A stretch of DNA of 63,401 bases, counting the filler, from Octopus bimaculoides (Eukaryota): NCBI RefSeq assembly GCF_001194135.2. It is 6 parts of 5 records of this genome, joined end to end, with 100 filler letters (N's around TTAATTAATTAA, not from the genome) between each part and the next. Parts side by side here need not be neighbours in the genome. Positions count along the whole stretch, not along the records: positions 32,147 to 62,216 come from NC_068996.1; positions 62,317 to 63,401 come from NC_068991.1; 4 more parts are not named here. The stretch is one strand, 5' to 3'. The first letter of the stretch is position 1; each line of letters begins with the position of its first letter. The position numbers were made by a program, and so were the translations under genes. Below, one piece after another: positions 50,556 to 63,401 of the stretch. Under the pieces are notes generated by a model that worked only from the letters and a program-made list of their open reading frames with translations, searched no databases and was not told the DNA's origin.

Positions 50556-52608
50556 GTAAGAGAGAATCTGACCATTCGTAAAGCGTTTGGAACGGTTTTG
50601 TCTATTAGACAGTTACCTGAATCTGACAAGAAACATGTGATGACTATCATCTTTATACCTTACTTTCTAGTATAAAATATTTCGTATATAATTAACTATT
50701 GGCGAAGAAAGACTATCAAAAATGAAGAAAAAAAATAAAGATTTTACGTGTTAGGATTGTTGGTTGTTGGAATACAAACTACAATTAATTAACTTCGAAT
50801 TCTTTTTTCTTTTCTTTTTCAAGCAAACGTCGCGTCATGGGTTCGATATTAGTTTAGAGAGTACATCCTAGTAGTGATTGTTAGTTTCAATAAAATAAAG
50901 CATGTAGATTAAATTATCTAATCGAAAGACACAACAAAATGGTTCGTTAGATCTATTCACGTGACCTTGATATACGACTACACAGACGGAATTTGTTTTT
51001 CACTAAGAACATAATTTAAAATTTTCATGAAAATCTATTTAGTCTCTATCGATTCATGTACAGTTTCTAGACTTTTTTCTTCAGAAGTGTATTGTCTGCA
51101 AATGTTGAAAACACTTTTATTCTATTGAATAAATTTATTGCCTCCGGAGCATCTATTCTTATAGAATTTTGCTTGTTTCTTTTATATTTGTGTTGGGATG
51201 GTAAGGTGGTGGGGGAATGTGTGACATGAAAAAATAAAAGGAGCAAGAGGAAGGGGGAAAGAGTAGAAAAGGGAAATTTGATAAATAAAAGGTTTCTAAA
51301 CGAAATGGAAGTTTAAGTTTCTTGATATAAATTCCTTAGTAATGCATTCCTATTTACTGCCAAAAACAATTATCTTGTTAAATCCCTGAGTTGTAAAGGA
51401 GGGATTTTATCATGAAGCTTGAGATTTTTCATGGAAAACCATTTGGTAAACGGTCTTTGTTGCTCCTTTTGGAAAATATAGTAAATGACTGTATAGCGAA
51501 ATTGCTGTATCTCCAAAATAATTCCTACTTTATTATTTTAAAATAAGTGACAATCCTCAAATGAGACATGAAATCGGCTAACAGATTCGTTTCATTAGGA
51601 ACTTTCAATACTTACTCGTCTCACGCACGATTAAAATATAACATTTTAAAATTATAAAATCACAAAATATTGATTAAACTTTTTCAGCAAAAAGTTTAAT
51701 CAATATTGCATTAATCTCCCTTCGAATGGCTTAAAGAATTCGTGTATATTTGGAGAAAATACAATTTCTTTACTTGTGTGGCTATTTTTGTGTATCCAAA
51801 TACGAATTTATTTATTTACTGAAAGAGAGAACAACAGTATTATGTGTAGTTCAATTGATTAATATAAAAGTTTTAAACGGGAGTCGAAAGGTTTGTATAT
51901 TGGACCTAACAAGAACTTACCTCATGATACATGGCGATCATTTCTCTGGTTAATGTAATCATGGTACTTTGTAAACTAACTCAGTGACATCTCATTACTT
52001 TTTATACAGGCGAACATGTCACCGTGTGGTAAGAAGCTTGCTTCCAAACCACATGGTTCTGGTTTAAGTCCAACTGCGTAGCACCTTGGGCAAGTGTCTT
52101 CTACTGTACCCTCGGGCTGTCCAGTCTTGTCAGTGGATTTGGAAAACAGAAACTGTAAGAAGGCCGTAGTATATATGTATGTATATATATATATATATNN
52201 NNNNNNNNNNNNNNNNNNNNNNNNNNNNNNNNNNNNNNNNNNNNNNNNNNNNNNNNNNNNNNNNNNNNNNNNNNNNNNNNNNNNNNNNNNNNNNNNNNNN
52301 NNNNNNNNNNNNNNNNNNNNNNNNNNNNNNNNNNNNNNNNNNNNNNNNNNNNNNNNNNNNNNNNNNNNNNNNNNNNNNNNNNNNNNNNNNNNNNNNNNNN
52401 NNNNNNNNNNNNNNNNNNNNNNNNNNNNNNNNNNNNNNNNNNNNNNNNNNNNNNNNNNNNNNNNNNNNNNNNNNNNNNNNNNNNNNNNNNNNNNNNNNNN
52501 NNNNNNNNNNNNNNNNNNNNNNNNNNNNNNNNNNNNNNNNNNNNNNNNNNNNNNNNNNNNNNNNNNNNNNNNNNNNNNNNNNNNNNNNNNNNNNNNNNNN
52601 NNNNNNNT

Positions 52609-52780
52609 CAAGGAGAAAAACACGGAGAAAAAAAATTGAATGGTCTTTGGTCAACGATCTATCATGGCTTCTGTCATGGCTTCTGCGGACAGGAAGTTTA
52701 GAAAGTTCACGCAGGAGAGCTAAGAAAAAGGGGAGATAACAAAAGGGGGAAGAAAGAACGGTGACCGAAGAACAATGAGC

Positions 52781-52819
<39 letters not shown>

Positions 52820-53096
52820 ATGCTGGTGATCTTGACGTATGCATGTGTGAAAATGGGGAGGGGAGAAAGGAGTTGGTCAGTTGTAGTGTGCGCGTGGTGT
52901 GATGTGAGGTTGTTGGGAGGTGGGGAAGGCATGGGTGAAGTGTGGGTTAGGCTGAGGGTGGGGGTAGAGGTAGGGGTATGTGAGTAGCGGGTGGGTGTAA
53001 GGAATTGGATGGAGTGGAGTGGGAAGGTAGAGTAGGTGTATTCCAAATTACCAAATAGCCGATTTCCAAGTCTAGATCTGGGCATTCGTCATGTCT
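52609..53096 (-). mobile_element. Penelope-like fragment (same family as 38355-38750)
   Basis: Shared cgatctatcatggc, caggagagcta, gctggtgatcttga blocks; purine-rich simple sequence. Confidence 0.6.
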
Positions 53097-53172
53097 NNNN
53101 NNNNNNNNNNNNNNNNNNNNNNNNNNNNNNNNNNNNNNNNNNNNNNNNNNNNNNNNNNNNNNNNNNNNNNNA

Positions 53173-53390
53173 TGATGGGTGCTGAAAAGTTCCTGGCTTT
53201 GGGTAAAAGAAAATAGAGGAGAATCAGTTAATTATGATTTTATTCAGCATATTCCCCTCTTGGATTCACACATTTATTGCAATGGTCCTGCAGTTATTCT
53301 AAGCCTCGTAAAAGAATGCACAGAAGGTTAAACATTCAACAAGGTCGTTGGTGATACCATTGATGCTAGAAACTCTTCAGCACCCCCTCG
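53173..53390. mobile_element. Mariner-type MITE
   Basis: TIRs gggtgctgaaaagttcctggc / gctagaaactcttcagcaccccctcg-TA. Confidence 0.75.
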
Positions 53391-53678
53391 TATGTGTGTG
53401 TGTGCGTGTTTGTGCCTGTGTTTGTCCCCACCACTGCTTGTCAACCGGTGCTGGTGTGTTTATGTCCCCGTAACTTATTGATTCGGCCAAAAGAAAATAA
53501 TAAGTTTCTGGGGTCGATTCATTTGATAGGGTAATGACTGAAACGAATAAAGGATAATTAATTCAGTGTCAGTCTTCTAAACAATAAGCAAAGGAAGTAC
53601 GCCATCATTTTGTAAGAGTCGATCGATTCTTATTGGAATAATAGGTACAAATTCTCCTTATTTTTTCTCTTTCGAATG

Positions 53679-54063
53679 TTGTTGTTGGCACTCCGTTGCT
53701 TACGATGCCGAGGGTTCCAGTTGATCCGATCAACGGAACACTCTGCTCGTGAAATTAACGTGCAAATAGCTGAGCACTCCACAGACACATGTACCGTTAA
53801 CGTAGTTCTTGGGGATATTCAGCGTGACATAGTGTGACAAGGCTGACCCTTTGAATTACAGGCACAACAGAAACAGGAAGAAAGAGTGTGGGAAAGTTGT
53901 GGTGAAAGAGTACAGCAGGGTTCGCCACCATCCCCTGCCGGAGCCTCATGGAGCTTTAGGTGTTTTCGCTCAGTAAACACTCACAACGCCCGGTCTTGGA
54001 ATCGAAACCGCGATCCTATGACCGCGAGTCCACTGCCCTAACCACTGGGCCATTGCGCCTCCA
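53679..54063 (-). mobile_element. tRNA-derived SINE with 12-bp TSD
   Basis: ctctttcgaatg at 53667-53678 and 54064-54075. Confidence 0.9.
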
Positions 54064-55049
54064 CTCTTTCGAATGATATAAGCGTTATATATCTTCCTAC
54101 AATTTGAATAAGTTTGATGCACAATTAATTGAAATGATTTAAAATTGACAGCAAAGTAAGTTTAAGACCGTACCAACATTATTTTGTTTAAATTGAAAAT
54201 TTAAGGCGCAAATGGTCACCGAACAAAAATTTATTATTAGTATCTAGTTTCATAGCCATTATTTTCAGTTGTGGCCTTACAACGGTGGGACACGGAGTTC
54301 GACAAATGAGCACAAAAATCACTTGGAATGTTCTGTCATATTTCTTCAATAAAATTATATAATTGGGACAAAATTTGTAGGTTTTTTTTTAGTATGAACT
54401 CTTTAAGAAACATAATTCCATAAATTTTCTATCAGAATCAAATCCGGGCTCTGTGGAAGCCACTCAATAAACACCATATTATTGCAAAAATTTCTTAGCC
54501 TTATGAACGGGGCAATTGTCCTGCTGGAAAATAGATCTCGATGGCATCTGATTATTTAAATATGGCAGCACATTTTCATTTACTAATTGCAGATAGCTTA
54601 CACTGTTCAGTCTCCCCCCCACACACACATACCTCCCACCCCCACACACCTCCTCCTTGCGTCGTTTTCTTGACACTTGGGAGGGAATTCTTCAGTTTCA
54701 CGGCGTTTAATATAAGTCCGTCTATTCCAAAGATGCGGAAGTAGGATTCGTCGCTTCAAAGAACAGTGCAGTACGACCAACCATATGACCACCCATTTAG
54801 TTTATTAATTTACATAATGTTGGTACGGTCTTAAAATTATTTTGCCGACAATTTTTACTCATTTAATTTAATTGCGCATTAAAATTATCCGAATTGTAGA
54901 AATATCTATAACACCTGCATCATTCGAAAGAGAAAAACATTTTACATAACCTGTAAAAAGTAATATGATTTCATACAATTTTGTTAAAAATATATTAATG
55001 AAAGAATAGAACTGCCATCATCGGTCTTAAACTTATGTTGGCCAGTGTA
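54064..55049 (-). mobile_element. Tc1 element with long IR/DR-type inverted repeats, internally deleted
   Basis: About 120-bp inverted match 54064-54183 vs 54815-54933; ORF 54479-54676 (SIFQQDNCPVHKAK); right end TA-cactggccaacataagtttaagacc. Confidence 0.8.
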
Positions 55050-55164
55050 TGTGGTTAACACATTCGCTTTACAGTCGCATGGTTCCAACCAAATTTGATA
55101 GGACTGAGGTGTAGCCCCAAGGAAGTGTCTTGTGACCGAGCATGTCTCGCGTCGATTTCTCGGT

Positions 55165-55743
55165 CTCAGTTCTTCCATAGCTCTCGAAGACGTTGGGCAG
55201 TAAGTTGACTCCACTGGTTGCTTTGGGTTGTGGTTTTCTCTACATCTGGTTATATGTGATACAAGCTTCTTTCATGTCGGTTATGAATGTCCAGTGCCAT
55301 GTAATTTACGGTCTTCCTGTTTTTCTTTTTCCCTTCTCGTAGTGTCTATTTGAAAGCTGTTTTAGAATAAATAGTGTTGTTCCGATAGCAGGAGTATATG
55401 ACCTACCGGTTTTAATCTTCGTTTTGTGATGATCTCATTCAAAATGCAAAGGGGCATGACTCAGTGGCTTGGGCGTCGGGCTCACAACCATGTGGTAGTG
55501 AGTTCGATTCCCGGTCGGAGAATTTTGCTCTTTATTTCACATTGCTCCAGTTAACTCAGCTGTAGAAATGACTTGTGACTCAAATTAAGCTGGTTTAAAA
55601 GTATACTACTACTTCTACTACTACTACTGCTGTTAGTAGTAGTACTACTACTATTATCACTGCTTTTGCTACAACTACTGCTGCCGCTTGTGTTGCTACT
55701 ACTAATACTACCACCACCCCCACCACTGCTGCTGCTGCTTGTG

Positions 55744-55785
<42 letters not shown>

Positions 55786-56958
55786 TTATCACTGCTGTTA
55801 CTACAACTACTGCTGTTGCTTGTGTTGCTGCTGCTGTTACTACTACCACTACTACTACAACCACCACCACCACCACCACCACCACTTTTGTTGCTACAAC
55901 TACTGTTACTGCTGCTAATACTTGTGCTGCTGCTACTACTACTACTACTACTACTACACAAGATAATGACTCTAATGCAACACATTATTAACTACTATAG
56001 CACAATATTATTAATCTAAATACCGAAACATTTAAGTAGTGGACAAATATGGAGGCAGTAAACAGATTCACCTATATGATAACACCATCAGTCACAATAG
56101 CGAAATTGAAACTGACGGCAATCGGCAAATCAGCAGCCGTATTCCAGAGAATGTTCGTTATCCTCCGATACCATCAGCTTACCAACTTTGCAATAGCATA
56201 ATTTTGCTAGCCGTTCTCTACGCTAGTGAGATATAGTAGAACACCTTGAAAATCGACAGAAAGCTAGATGTGTTTTACCGAAGTTGCTTGAGAAGAATTC
56301 TGTGAAATTACTAGCAAGACCATGGAATCAATGAAGATACACTTAAGATGGTAAAAGTCTAAAGACCTCTTCGGTCATGAATGACCATGGGATTGCACCT
56401 AGAAAGTTCCCCTCCGTGGCACAAGTCCGGGCAAGGTTGTTTCTGGAAGACCAGCAGTCACCCATTCATACCAGCCTCTCTTCTCCATGCCACTGATGTT
56501 ATCCAAGGGAAATGCAAAGGCTGATACAGCTTTGCAACTGTGACGTCGTAGCTCATTTCTACAGCTGAGTTAACTGGAGCAATGTGAAATAAAGAGCAAA
56601 ATTCTCCGACCGGGAATCGAACTCACTACCACATGGTTGTGAGCCCGACTCCCAAGCCACTGAGTCATGCCCCTTGCATTTTGAATGAGATCATCACAAA
56701 ACGAAGATTAAAACCAGTAGGTCATATACTCCTGCTATCGGAACAACACTATTTATTCTAAAACAGCTTTCAAATAGACAGCACGAGAAGAGAAAAAGAA
56801 AAACAGGAAGACCGTAAATTACATGGCGCTGAACATTCATAACCGACATGAAAGAAGCTTGTATCACATATAACCAGATGTAGAGAAAACCACAACCCAA
56901 AGCAACCAGTGGAGTCAACTTACTGCCCAACGTCTTCAAGAGCTATGGAAGAACTGAG
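55165..56958. repeat. Long inverted repeat: arms 55165-55571 and 56553-56958, ~980-bp spacer
   Basis: Arms are near-identical reverse complements with only scattered mismatches by eye. Confidence 0.92.
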
Positions 56959-56960
56959 CC
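56020..56960 (+). mobile_element. RTE-like LINE 3' fragment with an antisense SINE inserted (about 56340-56675)
   Basis: AVLYASEI before the SINE, ILNEIITKRRLKPVGHIL after it. Confidence 0.65.
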
Positions 56961-57051
56961 TGAGAGCAAGTATAATGTTGTAGCAGTTAGTATAATAATG
57001 TAGGGTTGTAGTTCTTAATGTACTAAAGTAGTATTGTTGTAACTTATGTAG

Positions 57052-57492
57052 TCGTGGCACTTCATCGGTTACGACGACGATGGTTCAAGTTAATCCGATC
57101 AGCGGAACAGCCTGCTCATGAAATTAACATGCAAGTGGCTGAGCACACCACAAACAAGTGTACCCTTAACATAGTTCCCAGGGACATTCAGCATGATACA
57201 GAATGTGACAAGGCTGGCCCTTTGAAATACAGGTATGACAGAAACAGGAAGAAAGAGTGAGNNNNNNNNNNGGCTGGCCCTTTGAAATACAGGTATGACA
57301 GAAACAGGAAGAAAGAGTGAGAGAAAGTTGTGGTGAAAGAGTACAACAGGGTTCGCCAGCACCCGCTGCCGGTGTCTCGTGGATATTTAGGTGTTTTTGC
57401 TCAATAAACACTCATAACGCCCGGTTTGGGTATCGAAACCATGATCCCACGACCGCAAGTTCGCTACCCTAACCACTGGGCCATTGCGCCTA
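57052..57492 (-). mobile_element. tRNA-derived SINE (contains assembly-duplicated 50 bp around a 10-N gap)
   Basis: Similarity to 48041-48420. Confidence 0.8.
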
Positions 57493-59605
57493 CACGCTTA
57501 TGTAGTCATATGGAGGTGTAATAGTTAAATTTGTGTTGTAGTAACGTGGTGATTGTTCCACCAGCGTAGTGATGTATTTGTGTAGTCGCTGCTCAGTATT
57601 AGTAAATTAGTTGTAATATAGTGTAGTCTTCAGTATAGCAATGTAGCGTTGTGATGTAGATACTCTACTAATGTACTTTTCAATTTGGTTACTTCACGTT
57701 ATTCCATAAGGACCGTGAGTCCGGTTTCCCGGTTTGTCAGATATATATTCTTCCCTAGACGATACCTCGGACCGTCACAGGGTTATTCATTTTTACCAGT
57801 TGTGTGAACAGGAGCAACGTGAAATGAAATGATTTTTTTACTCTAGAACACAAAACCTCATGTCGCCCAGTCCAGGAATCGAAATCACAATCAGTACACT
57901 GGCCCGTCGAAGGGTTATTAATTTTTACCTGGTGAATTGACTGGAGCAACGTGAAATGAAGTGTTTTGCTCAAGAACACAACGCATCGCCCAGTCCAAGA
58001 ATCGGAACCACAATTTTACGATCATGAGTCCAGCACCCCTATCCATTAAGCCATGAGCCGCCACGCTTTTCAGTTTAGTGGACAGATAAACTATAGTTGT
58101 TAGTGTGGTAACGTAGTGTTGTAATTCTCATCTACTCTAGGCACAAAACCCGAAATGCTTTTTAAGGGAGAGGGCCAGTCGATTAGATCGTCCCCAGTAC
58201 ATAACTGGTACTTAATTTATCGACCCCGAAAGGATGAAATGCAAAGTTGACTTCGGCTCAGAACACAAAGACGGACGAAATATTGCTAAGCATTTCGCCC
58301 GGTGTGCTGACGTCTCTGCCAGCTCGCCGCCTTAACGTAGTGTTATAATTGTTAGTGTAATGGTGTTGTGTTGTTGTAACAGTGTAGCTTCATACACTGG
58401 TTTGTGTGACCATATTACTTGACCCGCTTGATGTAACAGCAGATAATGTTGCACTCTATGTCGGGTGATTACTTTAACTAACGTATCAAAAGAAAAAGAA
58501 AAGAAAGAAATCCTTCATAGTTGTGTTGCATAATATATGATATGACAAACATTATCAGTATCAAACTGATGTTTCATCACTGTCTTACACGTTAATAGTT
58601 GTTACATCTTAGATTAATCAATATTTACTTTCTGAATATAACTTGGAACATTTTTCAGTGCACATGTCCTAAAGTGTCTCTAACGCGTTCAACTTTGTTG
58701 ATAGCTTCTCGGCGAAGTTAACCAACCGAGGTTAACTGTTCGATAATTTGAATCGTTGTTTGTGTACAAACCAGCAAGCTTGGCTATATGGTCGGTTAAT
58801 AATTACATTTCTTAATCATATACTTCAAATATTGGTTTGAAATTTTAGCACAAGGCCAGAAATTTTGGTAAGTGTCTACTACTATTTCGCGATTTTACCA
58901 TGTCCGTCCCTGTGAAATGTGCAAGATAGAAACTGTGTAAAGTGTTATGGCCTGATCACTGGAATCCTGAATCCTATCAAAAAAGGGAGAAAAATATACT
59001 GAGTTAATGGAAGCACCGATGGATATAGAGGGTTCGCAAACCAGTCACTTAGCAAAAGCCACAGTTTACTGGCTTTTACAGAAACCAGTAAGCGGAAGAC
59101 AAGCAAATCTGCTAACGGCGTAGCAGAAGAGGTTTTAAGGAGGATATTGATCGGGAGAAGTGAGTCATCTACACGCTGGATCACCTTGGTAGATGTGTGT
59201 GATTGTTGAACGACCCAAAACACCTGTTGGTATGAAGTAACTTCGTTAGTAGTGATATCTAAGGTAACAAATGTATATCTATCTATCTAGATAGATAGAC
59301 GGATAGATAGATGAGGCAAGCGAGCTGGCAGAAACGTTAACACGCCGGACGAAATGCTTACCGTTATTTCGTCTGCCGCTACGTTCTGAGTTCAAATTCC
59401 TCCGAGTACGACTTTGCCTTGGGGTCGATAAATTAAGTACCAATTATGCACTGGGGTCGATGTAATCGACTTAATCCCTTTGTCTGTCCTTGTTTGTCCC
59501 ATCTATGCTTAGCCCCTTGTGGGCAATAAAGAAATAAGATACATATAGATGAATGAATTTTATAGGCGGAAACGTAAGGCGAAAGCCCTTTGTGAGTGTG
59601 TGTTT

Positions 59606-59651
<46 letters not shown>

Positions 59652-59790
59652 GTATCCGTACGTCTATCTATCTATCTATCTGTCTGTCTGTGTGTTTTTC
59701 TGTCTAAATAGATAAGTAGATAGATAGGTATACATACATGTATATAAGATATACATAGTACATACGTACATACATACATACATATACACG

Positions 59791-59878
<88 letters not shown>

Positions 59879-60119
59879 AGGGGCTTCCTCATAGTTTATG
59901 TTTCTGTCTATAAAATTCAGTCACTAGGTAAATTCACTCACAAGGTGTAAAATAAAACTCTTGCCCAAGGTGCCGCGCAGTTGGACTGTGCATGAAACCG
60001 CCTGATCGGAAAGCAAACTTCTTAACCATTTACACACGTGTGTGTTGCGCGCGCACAGAAACGTACACACGCACAAACGCGAGCGTGTAGGCGCTCTCTC
60101 TCTCTCTCTCACACACACA

Positions 60120-60158
<39 letters not shown>

Positions 60159-60306
60159 GCACGCACACACATGCACACACACACACGCACATTTATATAT
60201 ACAGTACGTGTATATCTTCCGCTGACATGGATGTAAGTATCGGCAGAGACTCTAAGTGAAGGCGCTTTTTTTCTTTTTTTTTTAACAATTTCCGTTGCGA
60301 TACTAG

Positions 60307-60419
60307 TTCAGCTTCGAGTTAGAGATACTCCTCCTCAGAAATATAGTGAACCACTGATTGCACAGTTTGAAACCTATAACCAACGGTGTTTACCGTTCAA
60401 TGATTGCGACATGAACTAA
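60307..60419 (+). CDS. Candidate terminal exon of the plus-strand gene (VQLRVRDTPPQKYSEPLIAQFETYNQRCLPFNDCDMN*)
   Basis: T-rich tract plus ctag| acceptor, open frame to TAA 60417-60419, AATAAA at about 60455 and 60483. Confidence 0.4.
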
Positions 60420-60739
60420 ACAACTGAGAAATCACTCAATGCTATGTAAAATGTTTTTCTGTCATAATAAACCGATTAAGCAAATAAAAGACTTCAGCGT
60501 TTTTTACGCTATCCTGAAGCAGATATACGAATATTAAATGAGATTAACAACGAAACTATTCAGTTTGATCCCAAAAAGCCAATGTTTGAAAATATATATA
60601 TATACATTGGTTGTGAGGTAGATTTAAACGAAATTCTGAACGCATAATCTAAAAGGTAAGGTGACAGAATCAGTAGTTTTGCTCTTCAAAGCTTGACAGC
60701 TACACCCTAGCCATTCGTATTAACTGTCCTTTTATTTCT

Positions 60740-60779
<40 letters not shown>

Positions 60780-60780
60780 A

Positions 60781-60821
<41 letters not shown>

Positions 60822-60822
60822 G

Positions 60823-60885
<63 letters not shown>

Positions 60886-61279
60886 NNNNNNNNNNNNNNN
60901 NNNNNNNNNNNNNNNNNNNNNNNNNNNNNNNNNNNNNNNNNNNNNNNNNNNNNNNNNNNNNNNNNNNNNNNNNNNNNNNNNNNNNNNNNNNNNNNNNNNN
61001 NNNNNNNNNNNNNNNNNNNNNNNNNNNNNNNNNNNNNNNNNNNNNNNNNNNNNNNNNNNNNNNNNNNNNNNNNNNNNNNNNNNNNNNNNNNNNNNNNNNN
61101 NNNNNNNNNNNNNNNNNNNNNNNNNNNNNNNNNNNNNNNNNNNNNNNNNNNNNNNNNNNNNNNNNNNNNNNNNNNNNNNNNNNNNNNNNNNNNNNNNNNN
61201 NNNNNNNNNNNNNNNNNNNNNNNNNNNNNNNNNNNNNNNNNNNNNNNNNNNNNNNNNNNNNNNNNNNNNNNNNNNNNNN

Positions 61280-62216
61280 TTTGCAGTGTTTCGTTCGAAA
61301 AAGAATTTCCTAGTCTTCCTTCCTCACAGTTAAACGAGAGAATGGAGAAAAAGAAAAAAAGAATTCACACACACAGATGCAAGTGTTAACTTGAAAGTTA
61401 ACACCACCAACAACAACAAAAACAAAACTGTAACCAAAGTTACAAAACAGAACACAGACGATGTCTCCAAAGTATCTGACGTCAACACCATTTCTGCTGA
61501 CGACATCATCACCACCACCAACAACAACAACAACGACAACAACAGCAACAACAACAGCAGCAGCAGCAGCAACAGTTCAACTCAACCTTTGCTCTCTTCA
61601 CCAGCAGCAAGAGAAAGAGAGGAAGGAAAAATCAATATAAGCCACAACATCACTGACACAGTCACAAATACCACATCTGCCACCAATGCCAGTGCCAGCA
61701 CCAGCAACAGCAATAACAACAATAACAAAAACAAAAACTTTGCTGAAGCTTGAAGCAAAGTGAAGCTGTTGTGTCCTACACGACAAAGGAAATAATAGAA
61801 ATGACAAAATTAATCACCAAAGAAAGCGGTGAAATACACTTAAACATACCACAACACATATTAGAGGAAACAAGTAGAAAAACAATAATATATAAAATAA
61901 TAAACACCAAAAGTAGAAGGCCGGAACAGGCCAGTGTAGACAAGATCGAAAGATGCTTGAAATCAATTTGGGATAAAAAATCTTATATTACTTATTACAG
62001 ATTTGCACAGGTACAGGTGATTTTTCGAAATGAAGAGTTGGCGAAGAGGTATTCAACGCTAACTCTTCACACACCTGAAATAACAATGTTACCCAGTTAC
62101 CTTGGCCAAAAGGTAACAAAGGTAACAATGAAGCACGCACCTCCAACAATAGACACACTATGGTTGATATCAGCCATATGTGTCGACATGGACAACATAA
62201 ACATACTTAAAATAAA
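61280..62216 (+). mobile_element. Non-LTR ORF1-like sequence homologous to 13019-13621, with N/T/S-rich N-terminus and one frameshift; runs into a gap
   Basis: IIYKIINTKSRRPEQASVDKIERCLK and TPEITMLPSYLGQKVTKVTMKHAP..LWLISAI align with VVYRTLCMKTKRIEIATVEVIEECLK and TPEWVLLLTYCGKRVTRVKIGKVP..AWLVAAI. Confidence 0.7.
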
Positions 62217-62317
62217 NNNNNNNNNNNNNNNNNNNNNNNNNNNNNNNNNNNNNNNNNNNNTTAATTAATTAANNNNNNNNNNNNNNNNNNNNNNNNNNNN
62301 NNNNNNNNNNNNNNNNT

Positions 62318-62546
62318 ATTTGTCTCAGTCATTTGAGTGCGGCCATGCTGGAGCACCTCATTTAGTCGAGCAAATCGACCCCATGACTTATTCTTTGTAA
62401 ACCTAGTACTTATTCTATCGGTTAATTTTGCCGAACCGCTAAGTTACGGGGACGGGGACGTAAACACACCAGCATCAGTTGTCAAGCGATGGTGGGGGGA
62501 CAAACACACACAAAGATATGCAGACACATACATACATACATACATA

Positions 62547-62583
<37 letters not shown>

Positions 62584-62745
62584 CGATGGACTTCTTTCAG
62601 TTTCTGTCTACCAAATCCATCCACAAGGCTTTGGTCGGCCCGAGGCTATAGTAGAAGACACTTGCCCAAGGTCCAACACAATGTGACTCATCCCAGAACC
62701 ATGTGGTTGGTAAGCAAGCCACTTGCCACACAGCTATTCCTGCGC
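62318..62745 (-). mobile_element. CORE-type tRNA SINE
   Basis: Family similarity to 37228-37815. Confidence 0.8.
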
Positions 62746-63401
62746 CTATATTTAAATATTTTAAGAAGGAAAAAAAGTATAATAATAACAATACGTTAGA
62801 TGTCTTTTTTATACTAATAGAAATAATAACACTTTACATACTAACACTACTAAGGGACCTAATCGTAATCCTGTAGCTAGAACTTGTGATTATTGGTTTA
62901 AGGATAAATGTTATCTCAATAAGTTTTGCATGCAAAATAATTTTGTATATAGACGTAGGGTAAAATCTTGAAGAAATAGTTATTTCTACTTAGGGTGAAC
63001 CGAAAATTTTATTAAATGACGTATTGCATACCATGAATATACATTTAGAAACAAATAAGTCATGTAACATCAATTAAAGTAAATTTATATGGATGTTAAA
63101 AGATAATAATAAATGATATAACATTAAATCGCAAATACTTAGTTATGCTCTATCGTATGAAATTGCTGATAATAGATGTAATCTTAGTCTGGTGGAAGCA
63201 TATAAAAATTTAACATCAAGAGTGAAACTTCTTAACAGAAGACAAGAACGTGTTTCATCTTGTAAGCAATCTTCAAAAAATGTGCTTAGAAAATATAATT
63301 AAGCTGAATTGATTATTTGAAGGATTATTGGATATTAAATTATAAACTATTTTAGATAATTAAATGCTACATTCTTATGTAATCATTAGACTATATATAT
63401 A

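Noticed and set aside
53617-58730. Tiny candidate exons 53617-53644 and 58705-58730 linking to the terminal exon
   Set aside because: Phase-compatible but splice signals and motif support are too weak to call.
21925-62791. Numerous ORF-track entries rich in IY, CV, HT, LS, poly-V/L/S/Y or X
   Set aside because: Translations of microsatellites and N-gaps.

Overview
Eukaryotic (animal) genomic DNA from a gappy draft assembly. It is dense in (TA)n/(CA)n/(GA)n and trinucleotide microsatellites, tRNA-derived SINEs, LINE, Penelope, LTR and Tc1/mariner relics; the repeat content suggests an octopus genome (inference). Most ORF-track entries are microsatellite or gap artefacts. Two spliced host genes can be partly reconstructed by hand. 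(1) A minus-strand neurotrypsin-like gene (>=2 six-Cys SRCR domains, Thr-rich linker, trypsin-family protease) has exons at 15812-15990, 7756->7834 (start in gap), 3768-3997 and 440-674; its zymogen activation site is non-canonical and its 3' end lies left of the window. (2) A less certain plus-strand gene built from short exons (about 34.7-60.4 kb) carries divergent sulfotransferase PAPS-binding motifs. The most striking non-coding signal is three copies of a minimal type I hammerhead-ribozyme-like fold in a Penelope-like repeat, all sharing U at the normally invariant core position A6. There is also a ~406-bp near-identical inverted repeat (55165-55571 / 56553-56958) and an inverted repeat pair flanking an in-frame skippable two-exon SRCR cassette. 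No CRISPR array, rRNA or bona fide tRNA gene is supported.
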